From assembly GCF_000315625.1 (NCBI RefSeq), contig NW_005434486.1, forward strand, positions 57,783 to 93,634: a stretch of DNA of 35,852 nt, written 5' to 3'. Shown here in pieces: positions 22,201-31,080 of the stretch. Made by a program: the position numbers and the translations under genes. The notes under the pieces were generated by a model. The model saw only the letters and a list, made by a program, of their open reading frames with translations, was not told where the DNA came from and ran no database searches. The stretch is from Guillardia theta CCMP2712. Taxonomy: Eukaryota; Protista; Cryptophyta. Within the stretch, counting starts at the first letter, position 1; each line of letters opens with the position of its first letter.

Positions 22201-22535
22201 TTTCAATCATGATCTTTGCGCTTTCAGAAGTCGATCTGCTCTATCTTGTCAAGGTATACAGTCAGAGTGAGTCGATTCTCAATTGTGCTGGCACTCGGAT
22301 CCGTGGGGCAACTATGTCAGAGGAGACAAGAAGGTTGTTGAAACAACGAGGAGCTATCGATAGTTCAGATCCAGAGTCTGCCGACGAGGAGGAGGAGGAA
22401 GAGGAGGAGGAGGAGGAGGAGGAGGAAGAGGAAGAGGAGGAGGAGGAGGAGGAGGAGGAGGAGGAGGAGGAGGAGGAGGAGGACGACAACGAAGATGGAG
22501 ATGAAGATAAAGCAGCCCCAAAGGAGTTGAGTTGA
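16215..22535 (+). CDS. Intronless NLR-like STAND protein: putative N-terminal H/D/C peptidase-like domain, NACHT NTPase, pentapeptide repeats, WD40 repeats, poly-Glu tail
   Basis: Single ORF with first ATG at 16215. Walker A GAAGSGKST (17004-17030), Walker B LVLDGYDE (~17205-17228), KVIITCR, TPLAL and FVHENFRSFF. Pentapeptide region FSGLDLSAV..TNFKGANLS (~18250-18420), many WD40 repeats (~18450-22250), and closing motif LNCAGTRIRGATMSEETRRLLKQRGA. Confidence 0.93.
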   Translation: MKRPHDEKLGPSKHQKNEPKYRLVNSACLSTGNVYNLEKDADKLGLTKTSGDRYVLKGSQGLFSAVHLNDRQILWESSGPVVDADVKEILLFAAEHDQAIHVNTAVHGEEKDSKLNTQDPNSFEFLIEDYNNAKDPMFKKDFQASVHPVCDQSPPIAPHGANMIINAWCHSVSFKFAEKLDHKSGTIPLERWETLSIAARLVKALLFKPKISLMDDYIEGILEGYVEINCTATDPDDVKSKAITSADLLVQFTESNHKVLLLQGAAGSGKSTTVKKWTHQLWGQWTVGCPVPIFLILSSGKRVRDYVNERLEEQLCEDEWRRFVEFNKFMLVLDGYDELGEEVNVVKKFVEELRGSIESKVIITCRSNFLKSGGKSSTLFYPDDTGKKSLLEFWICPLSLNQARYFVESFLKQDRSSMKNHWDKEKYRNALDSKPELQKLAITPLALKLVISTLPRLCSKMNDSSEASKLTTFDLYIEHAENCFCREWFKLQKTDLVMEKIFVKEANYQHKFFQAVQAISLEMLRQGKSRLECQTSQLLLQNEPFLMSPALAAQEQAGYRLLSEYLIQKHVACKQLSEVISIEFVHENFRSFFLAKDTFERVKSYDASTQSQIEGLSIRLLNNDLETINFHAVIVQSSDEYKDKLFDIIRASRNAESEDCATVIAAANAATILTTAGVSFSGLDLSAVKICGAVLRNGIFHQTNFKGANLSRVDASYACFLETDLEETNMDGLILSEYPCFLDEADVEFNCISYSPDGKHVCYGSSGGEIWKLAFEEGGKQSLHMLGNNLGESIQKLVHGQDGETLCVASDRSVQLWNIKNETCLFTHRIFDPELLSKDLKDSILDITITNDVKYLVVSLYSGSVCVFNAKSGVLHHKLVLDNEISCSYCENNDNILHTASFSGLIQTWNLETGVCIEKNDSFQQEGTNFWFSPDGRFLAFYSNGMVHIGEVESGQLMLKIRGAMEDIEIVFFDPDGNRLACRTDSSSIEIWDLRQASCLHSFHTRDDHLSVLRWRPDGKALATGWEDGLIQVWDVETGRCVRSLEGHREEVECMSWGPDGKTLVSVSIDSPVRVWNLSEGRSFKHSHGPITTVKCLEFASDGKTLAAGCNDGTIQIWNTEDDELQQSMKGQSSTTWNPDGQTLLSLSQGEMSIWNSRSGERKKWFDRTSTDIVSSIDWSADGKIVFMCTDEHIFEFWNTKRDELQRTLTKEIKQTPQVMWSPDGKRVSHVFEDASIIDLWDLQACTELHLHNEVHEVARVFLLGSDFTMIASCVGMDKNISLLDLETKRTVRVLEGHTAEITYFTFRAESKMLASASDDCTIRIWDIESGNCLKILQKTAEEVTFLRFDELEGDVLVSGSLNGMIQVWRVDSEECLHLLEGHKDEIAYLEVSRAGKWIISESKDNTKRIWDVENNTIFRSMETISSASFLAFDPDGNRLACRTDSSSIEIWDLRQASCLHSFHTREVLLSVLRWRPDGKALATGWEDGLIQVWDVETGRCVRSLEGRRDAVQCMSWGPDGKKLACGYLQGDVRLWDVDSGEAQALETRIRVATCFKQDPGKKLVAAGSQNGVVSLWDVKTGECKEKLRGIVENFITCLSWHPNGCLLAAGDNKGLIQVWNVGESTSTPNVFEGHTEEVLMLRWSSDGTSLASTAHDMTLRVWEMSREGHGHVQAVSDARGVCLSWSPDGRHIASGWDDEALRLWEVGPQGIECSLHEPDLPQILSLSWKVDSEVFASAHGDTTIRIWNAQSKLCLRTLLHITSDVSCLSWAPCGTKLAFASDETKLEVWDVENERSLHLHDNGLSYDALACWSIDGKKITTASNGGIVQVWDVKSGLRQGASKMFVHHVSCLSWSPDRRTLAVCLRDEVVIEVWDVEQNVCKHELRGEWPSEYLSWGSAGKILISSSELGEIGVWNVDSGTCINNIDTKLMINCICCRPDGKMVVIGSQDAILQTWKTRSGQHVQTIQFHTEKIEVKSMSWGRDESILAVASSQVSIMIFALSEVDLLYLVKVYSQSESILNCAGTRIRGATMSEETRRLLKQRGAIDSSDPESADEEEEEEEEEEEEEEEEEEEEEEEEEEEEEEEEDDNEDGDEDKAAPKELS
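19130..19401 (+). repeat. Copy 1 of a 272-bp internal duplication in the WD40 region
   Basis: Matches 20510-20781 with 10 substitutions and no indels (manual alignment); offset 1380 bp, in frame. Confidence 0.95.
20510..20781 (+). repeat. Copy 2 of the 272-bp internal WD40 duplication
   Basis: Matches 19130-19401 at about 96%. Confidence 0.95.
22386..22482 (+). repeat. (GAG/GAA)n coding microsatellite, poly-Glu tail
   Basis: About 32 consecutive Glu codons near the end of the NLR-like ORF. Confidence 0.95.
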
Positions 22536-22686
22536 TAGATGTATAGGTACAGCTGCACAACTACGAGGCTCAGATTACCATCAATTCAAATGTAAGTTCG
22601 TTTGTTACTTCTCTACTGTTACCCTTCTCGAATCCTGTCAACAAAGAAAGCACTGTGTGATTGTTGCTATATAAATGTTGTTCTGC

Positions 22687-22878
22687 AGCAATAGAGTTGA
22701 ACTCAACCTCTGGTAACCCTGCAACTTTAATATTCAGTCTCCATGCTGTTATGTCAGTCCAACTTTAATATTCAGTCTCCATGCTGTTATGTCAGTTCAG
22801 AAGCGAACTGACATAACAGCATGGAGACTGAATATTAAAGTTGCAGGGTTACCAGAGGTTGAGTTGAACTCTATTGCT
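22687..22878. repeat. Long inverted repeat (72-bp arms, 1 mismatch) with an internal 38-bp-period tandem duplication
   Basis: 22687-22758 is the reverse complement of 22807-22878 except at one position. 22760-22798 pairs perfectly with 22805-22843 around a 6-nt loop (agaagc). Confidence 0.95.
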
Positions 22879-24181
22879 ATATCAGTTTGCCCTTGGTCTT
22901 CATGCAAAATGCCTTGAAGAAACAAGACGATCTGTTCTTCCTCTTCCTCCTCCTTCTTCCTGCCCCATCTTTGCCCTCCGTTTGCTAAGCCACAGCCAAG
23001 TCAGTGATATTTCCTCGAGGCTGAGCCAGCTTTCTCGTCCTCGGTAGAGTCAAGCTTGACTCGCTTCCTCTCAGCTCGCGTCAGTGCAGTATGTCACCGT
23101 ATGGCAGTACAGACAGCAATCTTCGCTGCTCAAGATGCATCCTCGCCAATCCAAGTCACAGAGCAGCACTGCAGGCACACTGAGTTCAGATCCGCTTTGA
23201 TGCTTGACAGGGGTGGTGTTGATGATTGAAGCTGAAGGATGCTTCCATGCTATCATGGTCTCACAAAGACGAGCTCAAGTTTGTGGTTGCAGTAGAGGCA
23301 CTACAAGAGCCGGTGAGACAAGAGGAGGCGGAGAGAGCCTCTGCAGGTGATACATCATAGCGGTCCTCTCTCCTCACCACCACCTACTCGAGCACCTTCT
23401 TCCAACCCTCACGCCCTCCGAGTCCCTCACGCCCTCCTCCCTCCCGCCCTCCTCCTCCTTCTCCTGTCCTCCTGCTCCTCCTCCCTTTCTCCTCCCTTTC
23501 TCCTGCAGGCTCCTCTTCTTCGCTTGAAGCCAGTCAGCATCGTCCCGTCCATGTACAAGACCAGGTACCCGCCGCCGGATGACGACTTTTTTGAAAGAGA
23601 GAAGGACAGGGTAGTCATTCTGAAGGGGTGGGGTGTATCAGGGCGTTTCTGCAACCGGTCACCAACTACAATTATTCTTAGAAAAAGGGGGTGGGGGTAC
23701 TTTGACAGTTAAATATTCACCTTTTGGGGTGGGTTATAGAGGTCACTGGATAGGGTGGGTACTATGGAATACTTGACTTAAACTTTTGAGGAAACCAAAC
23801 TTGAGGAATAAGTACCCCCACCCTCCCATGTAGATTCAACAAGGGAAAGTTGAGAAAACAAACTTTCTTTGCGAAGGGTTCCTTGGTAGTGCAGAATTAA
23901 TTAGTAATCTACTCGAGAAATCGTTGCTGCAGGTCCACCTTCAATGAGTCCACATTCTGTCTTACCCTACCCCTGCGATCCCTGAGGCATCGTTTTGAAA
24001 AGTTCCCCCGATCCGGCGACTTTGGGGTGTAACTTAGGGGTGGGGTAGGTGAAGTTAACATGGGGGGTAGTCTGAGGGGCTCATGAGTCAAATTCCGATA
24101 GTGTAGGTAGGGGTAGTCGTGGGAGACAGGAGGGGTGGTAGTACGAAAACGCTGGGGCCAAGAGGGAATTCAGATCGCAAA

Positions 24182-25449
24182 ATGCACAAGGCGTTGGGAT
24201 TAGTAGCGCTGGGAATGGTGGGGATGCTGGTGCAGACGAGGGCAGACTATGTGGTGAAGAGGTATGAGTTCACAAGAACCGCTCCTGCTCCAAACACCAA
24301 GTACGCTCAAGGATCGATAGAGCATCACTGTATCCTGTTCAACGGCAACAACCCAGTTTCAGTCGTGGGTACCTACGGAATGTGAGATTCGTGTCTATGT
24401 TGCGCCTTGGAGGGATCATGCTGTGCTCAAAATTATGATCATGTGATGGAAAATGCATGCAAGTGCTCTGATCTCTTCTTTCCTCGCTCCTCTACTTCCT
24501 TTCTGCTCGCTGCTTTGTTTGATGTCATAATGACCATTCTCGTTGGCAGGTACGGATACTTTGAGGGATCCTTCAAGTTGAACGACAAGAAAGCTCTTAT
24601 CAACTGGTATGAGACTTCAACAACCTCCGATGGCAAGTTGAAGCCAACTGTTGGCTCTGGTTGGATAGTCTACAACGAAACCTTTGATTTCCTCCAAGGA
24701 GGGATTGGTGGAAGCGCCTTGACTGGCTCCTATGGGACGTTCGTTACGCTCGCAGCCAACTCGGGCACCCTCAAGATTGACTCCACCAACACTGCAGCAG
24801 CTGAAGACTTCAGCAAGAACTGCCTCCTGGCACGCTCCAGCACTTCCGTGTCGTGGGAAAGTAGGATGGGAACTTTTCTTCCAAGCACTACGGCCAACTA
24901 CTTTAGCGCTGGAGGAACCCTTGATGAAAGGCAGAAGATGCAGGCACTTGCTAGCACCTACTGGAAGAGCGAACAGGTTTGTCCTGCCGTCTTGCACGAC
25001 CAGGAGCTCGATGCTGACTACATGCACAGGGTGAAAACAACATCTGCGTCAATCATCTCAACGTGAACGCCAAGTACAAGTACACCTACTCCAAGGAGGA
25101 AGCCGACAACACCATCAAGGCAGGAGACGTTGAGACGGGAACCTACGGCGCAGATTCGATCGCGTTGAAGGCGGCGGCTGGCGATGGGATGGTGGGAACT
25201 TGGAAGGCAGAGACTGGGCCTGTCAAGGGCTCAACCGGCACAAACTTGTATCTTGTACAACCAGGCGCAAATGGAGCACAGCTGCTTGGATTCTACTGCG
25301 CTGTGGATGACAAGAATGTGAGGACTGGTTGCTACAATGAGCTTTACTCGTACAGTGCAGCGGAGACTTGTAGCGGAGCTGGGTTCAACAGGCCGGGCTT
25401 GCTGGGCTCGCTCGTCCTCGCAGTCGTTGCTCTCGCGATGGCCCGTTGA
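24182..25449 (+). CDS. Secreted, probably GPI-anchored or C-terminally anchored protein of unknown family (paralog A), 3 exons
   Basis: Exons 24182-24381, 24550-24976 and 25030-25449. Signal peptide MHKALGLVALGMVGMLVQTRA; C-terminal SGAG..LLGSLVLAVVALAMAR. Co-linear with paralog B. Confidence 0.85.
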
Positions 25450-25661
25450 GCGCTGATGTAGAAGTTCGAGCATCTCTACCTGCTCTTGTTCTATGAGAGG
25501 CGGGGGGAGAGGAAGGACGGGAGGCTGTTGAACCCACACAAGATTCATGCTCAATCAGATGAAGAGACAGAGACCAGTATGAACAACGTGTGGGGTGAGA
25601 TCTTAATAAAGACTTGTTAACATCTTCGAGAACATCCAACTATCAAACCATGGTCCCAGGC

Positions 25662-26925
25662 TCAATATCCAGCCAACACTCCGCGCGCCCAGCAGCAAGC
25701 AACAACCATCAAGAGTAAGACAGAGCTTGATCCCGTCCGGCATGTTCCGCACGTCACCTTCTCCTTGTACTTGTACAGCATGTCGAAGCACTTGAGCCGG
25801 ATCTTCTTGGAGTTTGTGATGCAGTAGTACCCTATCATCTGCGGCCCGCTCCCCTGCTGGGGTTGGATGAGGTACACGAACGGCCCCGTCTGGCCCATGT
25901 TGGGCCCGTCCTGGGCCATCCACTGACCGATGACGCCGTTGCCGACCGTGCCGGAGAAGGCGATGGAGTTGGGCGCGAAGATCCCGGTCTCCCTGTCGCC
26001 AGGCCGAGCAGTGTCAGTCTGATCCTTCTCGCTGAAGATGTGGATGTAGGAGGACTGCAGGTTGTAGACGTCTTTGCAGAAGGAGATTTTGCCCTGCGAT
26101 GACATCAGCAGTAGCATGAAGGTGTGCTGAAGAGAGCGCGAGGAAGGGAGGAATGCGGAACAGAACGGGAGGAAGGTAGCGAAGCAGAGAGACGGGGAGG
26201 GGATAGCGTGAGACGACGAGATCAAGTGCAAGGAGCATGCCTGATCTCCCTCAAAGATGGTTCCGTCAAAGCCAGGAAGCAAATCCCTGGCGGTGCTGGT
26301 AGGAGCGAGGTTGAAGAACGCGTCTTTCTTCTCAGTTCCCATCACATCCTGCCACGTCTTCCTGTCAGGCAGGACCAGGAGGCAGTTGCTGAGGAAATCA
26401 GGACGATAATCGGGGTCTTCAGAAGTCTTCTTCATGACTCCTTTCACTGAGATCCACTCCACGTACGAATCCAGTGAGTCGTACATCCCGGCTGTATTGC
26501 ATCCTCCCTCAACGCTGGAGTAGTTCGATGCATAGATCAGCCAGGCACCCCCGCTCGACGTCACGAGCTCCCAGTCCTCGCTAGTGGCAGTCTCGTACCA
26601 GTTCACCATGGCGTTCCTGGTGTTCGCCTGGAACGTACCCTCGAAGTATCCGAACCTGCAACAAGTTACCTTTGAACAGCACATCCGTAGCTAGAGCTGC
26701 CTCCCGCCCTCCTCCTGCCACTGACCTTCCGTATGTCCCAACGACGCTGATTGGAGAGTTATCGTCCGCAAAGAGGATGCAGTGATGTTCCACCGTGCCC
26801 TCTGGGTAGTTGATGTTCCTGGTTTCGTCCTTGAGCTCATACTCGTACCTCCTTACGATGACTGCTGCTGTGTACGAGGCACGGAGGGACAGGAGAAGAA
26901 GAGCTTTCAGCAAACTGCTCCGCAT
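25662..26925 (-). CDS. Secreted, probably GPI-anchored or C-terminally anchored protein of unknown family (paralog B), 3 exons
   Basis: Exons 26925-26726, 26655-26241 and 26093-25662. Shares EHHCILF, SVVGTYG, GYFEG, NWYET, NCLL, ETG and G(F/Y)YC with paralog A, with the same intron positions. Confidence 0.85.
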
Positions 26926-27184
26926 GAAGACAAGCTGAAGCCAGCAGGGGTCGAAGGGCTGCACTCCTTTGGCCTTCTCAACCCCTACAGTCCTATGTCA
27001 GCGCAAAAATGAACATGAACACGTCGATCCCTTTCCTTCCCTATCATACCATACGAGATTATCTAAGCTCCATCGAAAGAAGAAAATCACAGATGATCTC
27101 ATATGATACGATAGGGACCATCGAATGATCAAAGTCACGGTGAGAGTTCTCAACTCTGGTCAAGTACAAATCTGTCATCATCAT

Positions 27185-27494
27185 CGCTCCTGCCCCTGCT
27201 CCTGCCCCTGCTGCATCTGTTGCTGCTGCTGCTGCTGCTCCTTCTGATCCTGATCCTGATCCTGATCCTGATCCTGATCCTGATCCTGATCCTGATCCTG
27301 ATCCTGACTGATCCCCTTGCCTCTGCTCCAGCTGCTGCTCCTGCCCCTGCTACTGATGCTCCTGCCCCTGACACTGTACCTGATCCTTATCCTGATCCTC
27401 CTGTTCCTGCGGAGTCCTGCTCCTACATTTGATCCTGCACCTTTACCTGATTCTGCTCCTTCTTCTTCTCTTACTCATGTTTCCTGCTCATGTC

Positions 27495-27533
<39 letters not shown>

Positions 27534-27650
27534 TCTCTTGCACCTGCACCTTCACCTTCACCTGCCCCTGCTCCTGCCCCTGCTCCTGCTCTTGCCCTTG
27601 CCCATGTTCCTGCCCATGTTCCCTCTCCTCTTGCCCCTCCTGCTCCTCTT
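27185..27650. repeat. Compound hexamer microsatellite region: (CTGATC)n, (CTGCTC)n, (CTGCCC)n
   Basis: About 10 CTGATC units at ~27244-27305 and a CTGCTC array at ~27496-27531, in the spacer between divergent genes. Confidence 0.9.
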
Positions 27651-27765
27651 GACGCTAACTCTAATAATGCCGGCGTCAGTCAAACGATCAGATCACTGCT
27701 AGCCCCCATCCCCGCTCATCCCAGTTCACCTTTTGTGTCCGGTTTTGTGTCGCCATTTTGCCGCT

Positions 27766-29341
27766 ATGCACACGATGCTCGTAGCGACAGCGATGGCGGC
27801 GCTGATATCGACCGCTTCCTCCTTCCTCCTTCCTCCTCCTCCGTCCACTCTAACATCAACCTCTTCCTCGTTCTCTCCACTCGTACCCTCCTCTTCTCTT
27901 CGCCAGTTTCCCTTGTCACCTAACCTCGCCTCGGATTGTAGAATGCGGATTTCAGGGCGGGGGTCTCCAGGCAGGTGGAGCATGGCAGTAGGAGAGATGA
28001 AGGAGCTGGAGTTTGCGTTCTCATCAGGATCCGGCCTTGACACAGTGCAAAGATGTCTGCAAGCCGCCATCAGAGATGGGAAGAAAGTTCTCGAGCTCGA
28101 GGTCCCAACGACGGATAGGTTCAAGGATGCGGCTTTGAATCAGATCTATCAAGCGAATACTCTCTACGCCAGAGAGCTTGTCCGTATGTTCTTGCAGCCA
28201 AGTGAGCTGTGCATGGTGTTCCCAGGTTGATCATCGTTGGAGAGGACGGAGGAGACTGACGATGATCGTCCAGACCCATCCGAAGCTCGCATCGCGTTCG
28301 AGGAGTATGGCAGTCAGGTCCCGTTCTCTCTCTCCAGCCTCAGCAAACCGAAGCAGCAAGAGGATCGAGTGAACAAGTACCTTGTGATGCATCCTGTGTT
28401 CGACGTGCGCGAGTACATCCAGATGGACGAGCTGTACATGAGTGAAGTTGCCCCCAAAGACGCTGCAATGATCATCTTCAACGGCGACCTCTTCAAGATG
28501 CGCAGTGGAGGAATCGGGGGATACTACCCTGACTTCTTTTTTCCCAAGCTTGCTCAAGTGAGGAGGCGATTCATGCCGATGGTTGAGACTGGTGAACACT
28601 CCTCCTCCCTTCCTCCTCCCCTCCTCCTTCCTCGCTACCTGTCTACTTGTCCTCGCAGTTGTTCCCTCCCCTCTCCTTCCTTCTGCTCCCCTCACTCCTC
28701 TCCTTCCTTCCCCTCCCATCTCCATTCTTCCCCTTCCCGCTCCTCCTTCCTCTCTCCCCCTCACCTTTCTGGGCAGCTTACTACCTGAGAGTCTTCCGTG
28801 GGCCGCCGGTAGGAGCTCTGTAAGCTAAAATGCGCAGGAGTGCGATGCTGGTGACTCGCTTCCTCCTTGGCAGGTACCGCGAGTATCCCGGGCCATGGCA
28901 GATCCTCCGAGCCGTCAATGGGGGCAGGTGAGCGATTGGCGGGGCATGAGGAGGAGGACGGGGGAGGGCGGGGAGAGGACGAGGAATTGGAAGAGGAACA
29001 GGAAAGAGAAGAGGACGAGAAAGAGCAAGGAGGCAAAGACAACGAGGATGAAGCGGAAGCGGAAGAGGAAGAGGAAGAGGAAGAGGAAGAGGAAGCGGAG
29101 TATTCACGAAGGATCTGGCAGGTTTGAGGTGCTATGGGAGCAGCAGCAGCAAGAGCCTCCCAAGCAAGAGTTTGTCCTCCGCGTGCTCCAGTCCGCGGGC
29201 CCCCCGCCTGTGATGACTAAGCCGAGCGAGGAGGAGAATCTGCCGGAGGGATGGAAGTCAGCAGTGGATCAGGAGACGGGCAAGGTGTACTACTACAACG
29301 CTAACACAGGAGAGTCTACGTGGGAGCCACCTGCTGTCTAG
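27766..29341 (+). CDS. LPA3: Plastid-targeted DUF1995/LPA3-like protein with a C-terminal WW domain, 5 exons
   Basis: Exons 27766-28225, 28274-28591, 28777-28819, 28874-28927 and 29122-29341. Signal peptide ending ASS-F followed by a Ser/Pro-rich transit peptide. IIFNGDLFKMRSG..YYPDFFFPKL..VETAYYL..GALYREYPGPWQIL matches my recollection of LPA3. LPEGWKSAVDQETGKVYYYNANTGESTWEPP is a WW domain. Confidence 0.82.
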
Positions 29342-29559
29342 TAAAGTTGTCTTCTCTGCATCTTGACCATATAGATCTTCAAAATCCTGTAACGAAGGTT
29401 TTCTTCTTTATGGAGCAAGTGGTTTAGAGATAGATAGGGGATGTATGATGTTATGGCTGTCGAATGCGTCAAACTCCGGAAACTCGAAAAAATGTTTGCT
29501 TCGAGCGATACTGAGCATTTGCAAAATTTGGTGTAAGAAACATGTGGAGTGGGAGCAAA

Positions 29560-31080
29560 CATGTTTGGCTAACACCTTTTGTTCATAGAATGCAGTAGAA
29601 ACAATCTTCAAGTCTATGTTCAACACTTCCAAACATCCTCCATCCTCCTCATTCCCCACTTCTCCTCTTACAAATCTTCGTCGTCATCATCCATCTTCGC
29701 AATCGACTTGACCCTTGCCCTCCACCATTGCTGGGCCTGCATCTTGGCACCTTCCGATAACCTCCGCTCTCCATTCGCCTCTCTCCTCTCCCCTCGTTCC
29801 TGCTGCCTGCCGTCCTTGGGTTTCCTCGCCACACGTGAGGTCCCCATAACAATATCAATCTCATCCGGGAAGGGAGACCTTTCTGACGGATTTACGTTGC
29901 TCTCCTGCCCACCAACATTGGCGGCACTTAGTCCCCGCGAACGATCCGAGATGTCCATCTCGCTCCTCCTCCTCATCATGTCTTGATGGTTGTTCTTGAC
30001 GTCCTCCCGCTCCCGCGAGATCACTTGCAAGGAAGCCTTACGAGCCTTTCGGAGCTCCGATAGGTTGCTTTCTGAGAAGGTTGCTCTCTTGACCACACTC
30101 TCCTGCTCTTTTCTCTCTTTGATCCCACGAGCTTGTCTGGACGACTCTGAGGCTGAATCATCGACGTGCGATCGGTTACTCTTGGCCTGTGCCTCGATTG
30201 TGATCTTGTCTTCATCGCTCGTCCAGCCTCCCTTGCGCTCAGGATGCGCAGCAGCCAAGTCGAGGTCGATCTTCGCACGCTGAAGGGGTCCTCCTTCGCT
30301 GCTGCTCGATCCAATGGTTCTCATCGACTCTGACTCGGAGCTGATCAGCGAAGATGTCTGATAACCCTGCAGCACATTCCGCATCGAAGCTCGTCGCTAG
30401 GGAACACAAAATCAACATCACATCAAGGAAAAACAAGAGGATACAAGACTACCTGAGAGAAAATTTGCAGTTTTCCCACCTCCGAGACGTGGCCAGAGTT
30501 GTGAGTCGTCTTCGATATCACTATCAAACTATTTGCACGTTGTACCGGGCGAACTGGGACGGTTTCGTGGTCAGGGGTGGCAGGGCAAGAATGAGAGCTA
30601 GTCCAACTCTGCATCATGTCTGTTGCAGACATCATTCTTTCGAACGTTGACAGGTCCATCCGTTGGATATTTGACTTCGACTCGTGGGACGTGATCGAGT
30701 CAGACTCCTGGCCTTGGGTCTCGGCGTCAGACAAAGAGTTCAGGCCAGGAGCATACTTGGAGTATTTCCCTTTGCCCGAAACTCTGCTGTACTTCCCTGA
30801 AGATCCGATTCTTTCCTCGTCCACAGAATAGCTAGAATCCTTGATATACTTATTGATCATATTGGATTGCATTGTCTTCAACCCCAGGTGTAGGTAAAGG
30901 CATGTAGAGCCCTGTAAAAGCATGCTTGTCAGTTTAGTGACGACACTGAAGTCTAATCTACACTTGACCAGTCTCTGCAAAAATATCTGGGATACTTGAC
31001 TATCGGGGACGCTGTACAACTCTCTACTCTCCATGAAAGAAAACTTTGCTGAGAACGTCAATGGGTGTTCCATCAACTCA
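29560..31080 (-). CDS. Hypothetical multi-exon Ser/charge-rich protein; boundaries approximate
   Basis: ORFs 29668..30384 and 30423..31226 have coding-like low-complexity composition interrupted by plausible GT-AG introns. No domain recognised. Confidence 0.5.

Noticed and set aside
22885-23350. Possible small minus-strand gene or NLR partner (e.g. a gasdermin-like substrate)
   Set aside because: Only short frames with stops and no recognisable motif; I could not build a consistent exon model.
27150-27923. (RI)n, (IL)n, (PA)n and (CS)n ORFs
   Set aside because: They are hexamer microsatellites open in several frames, with no supporting start or splice structure.
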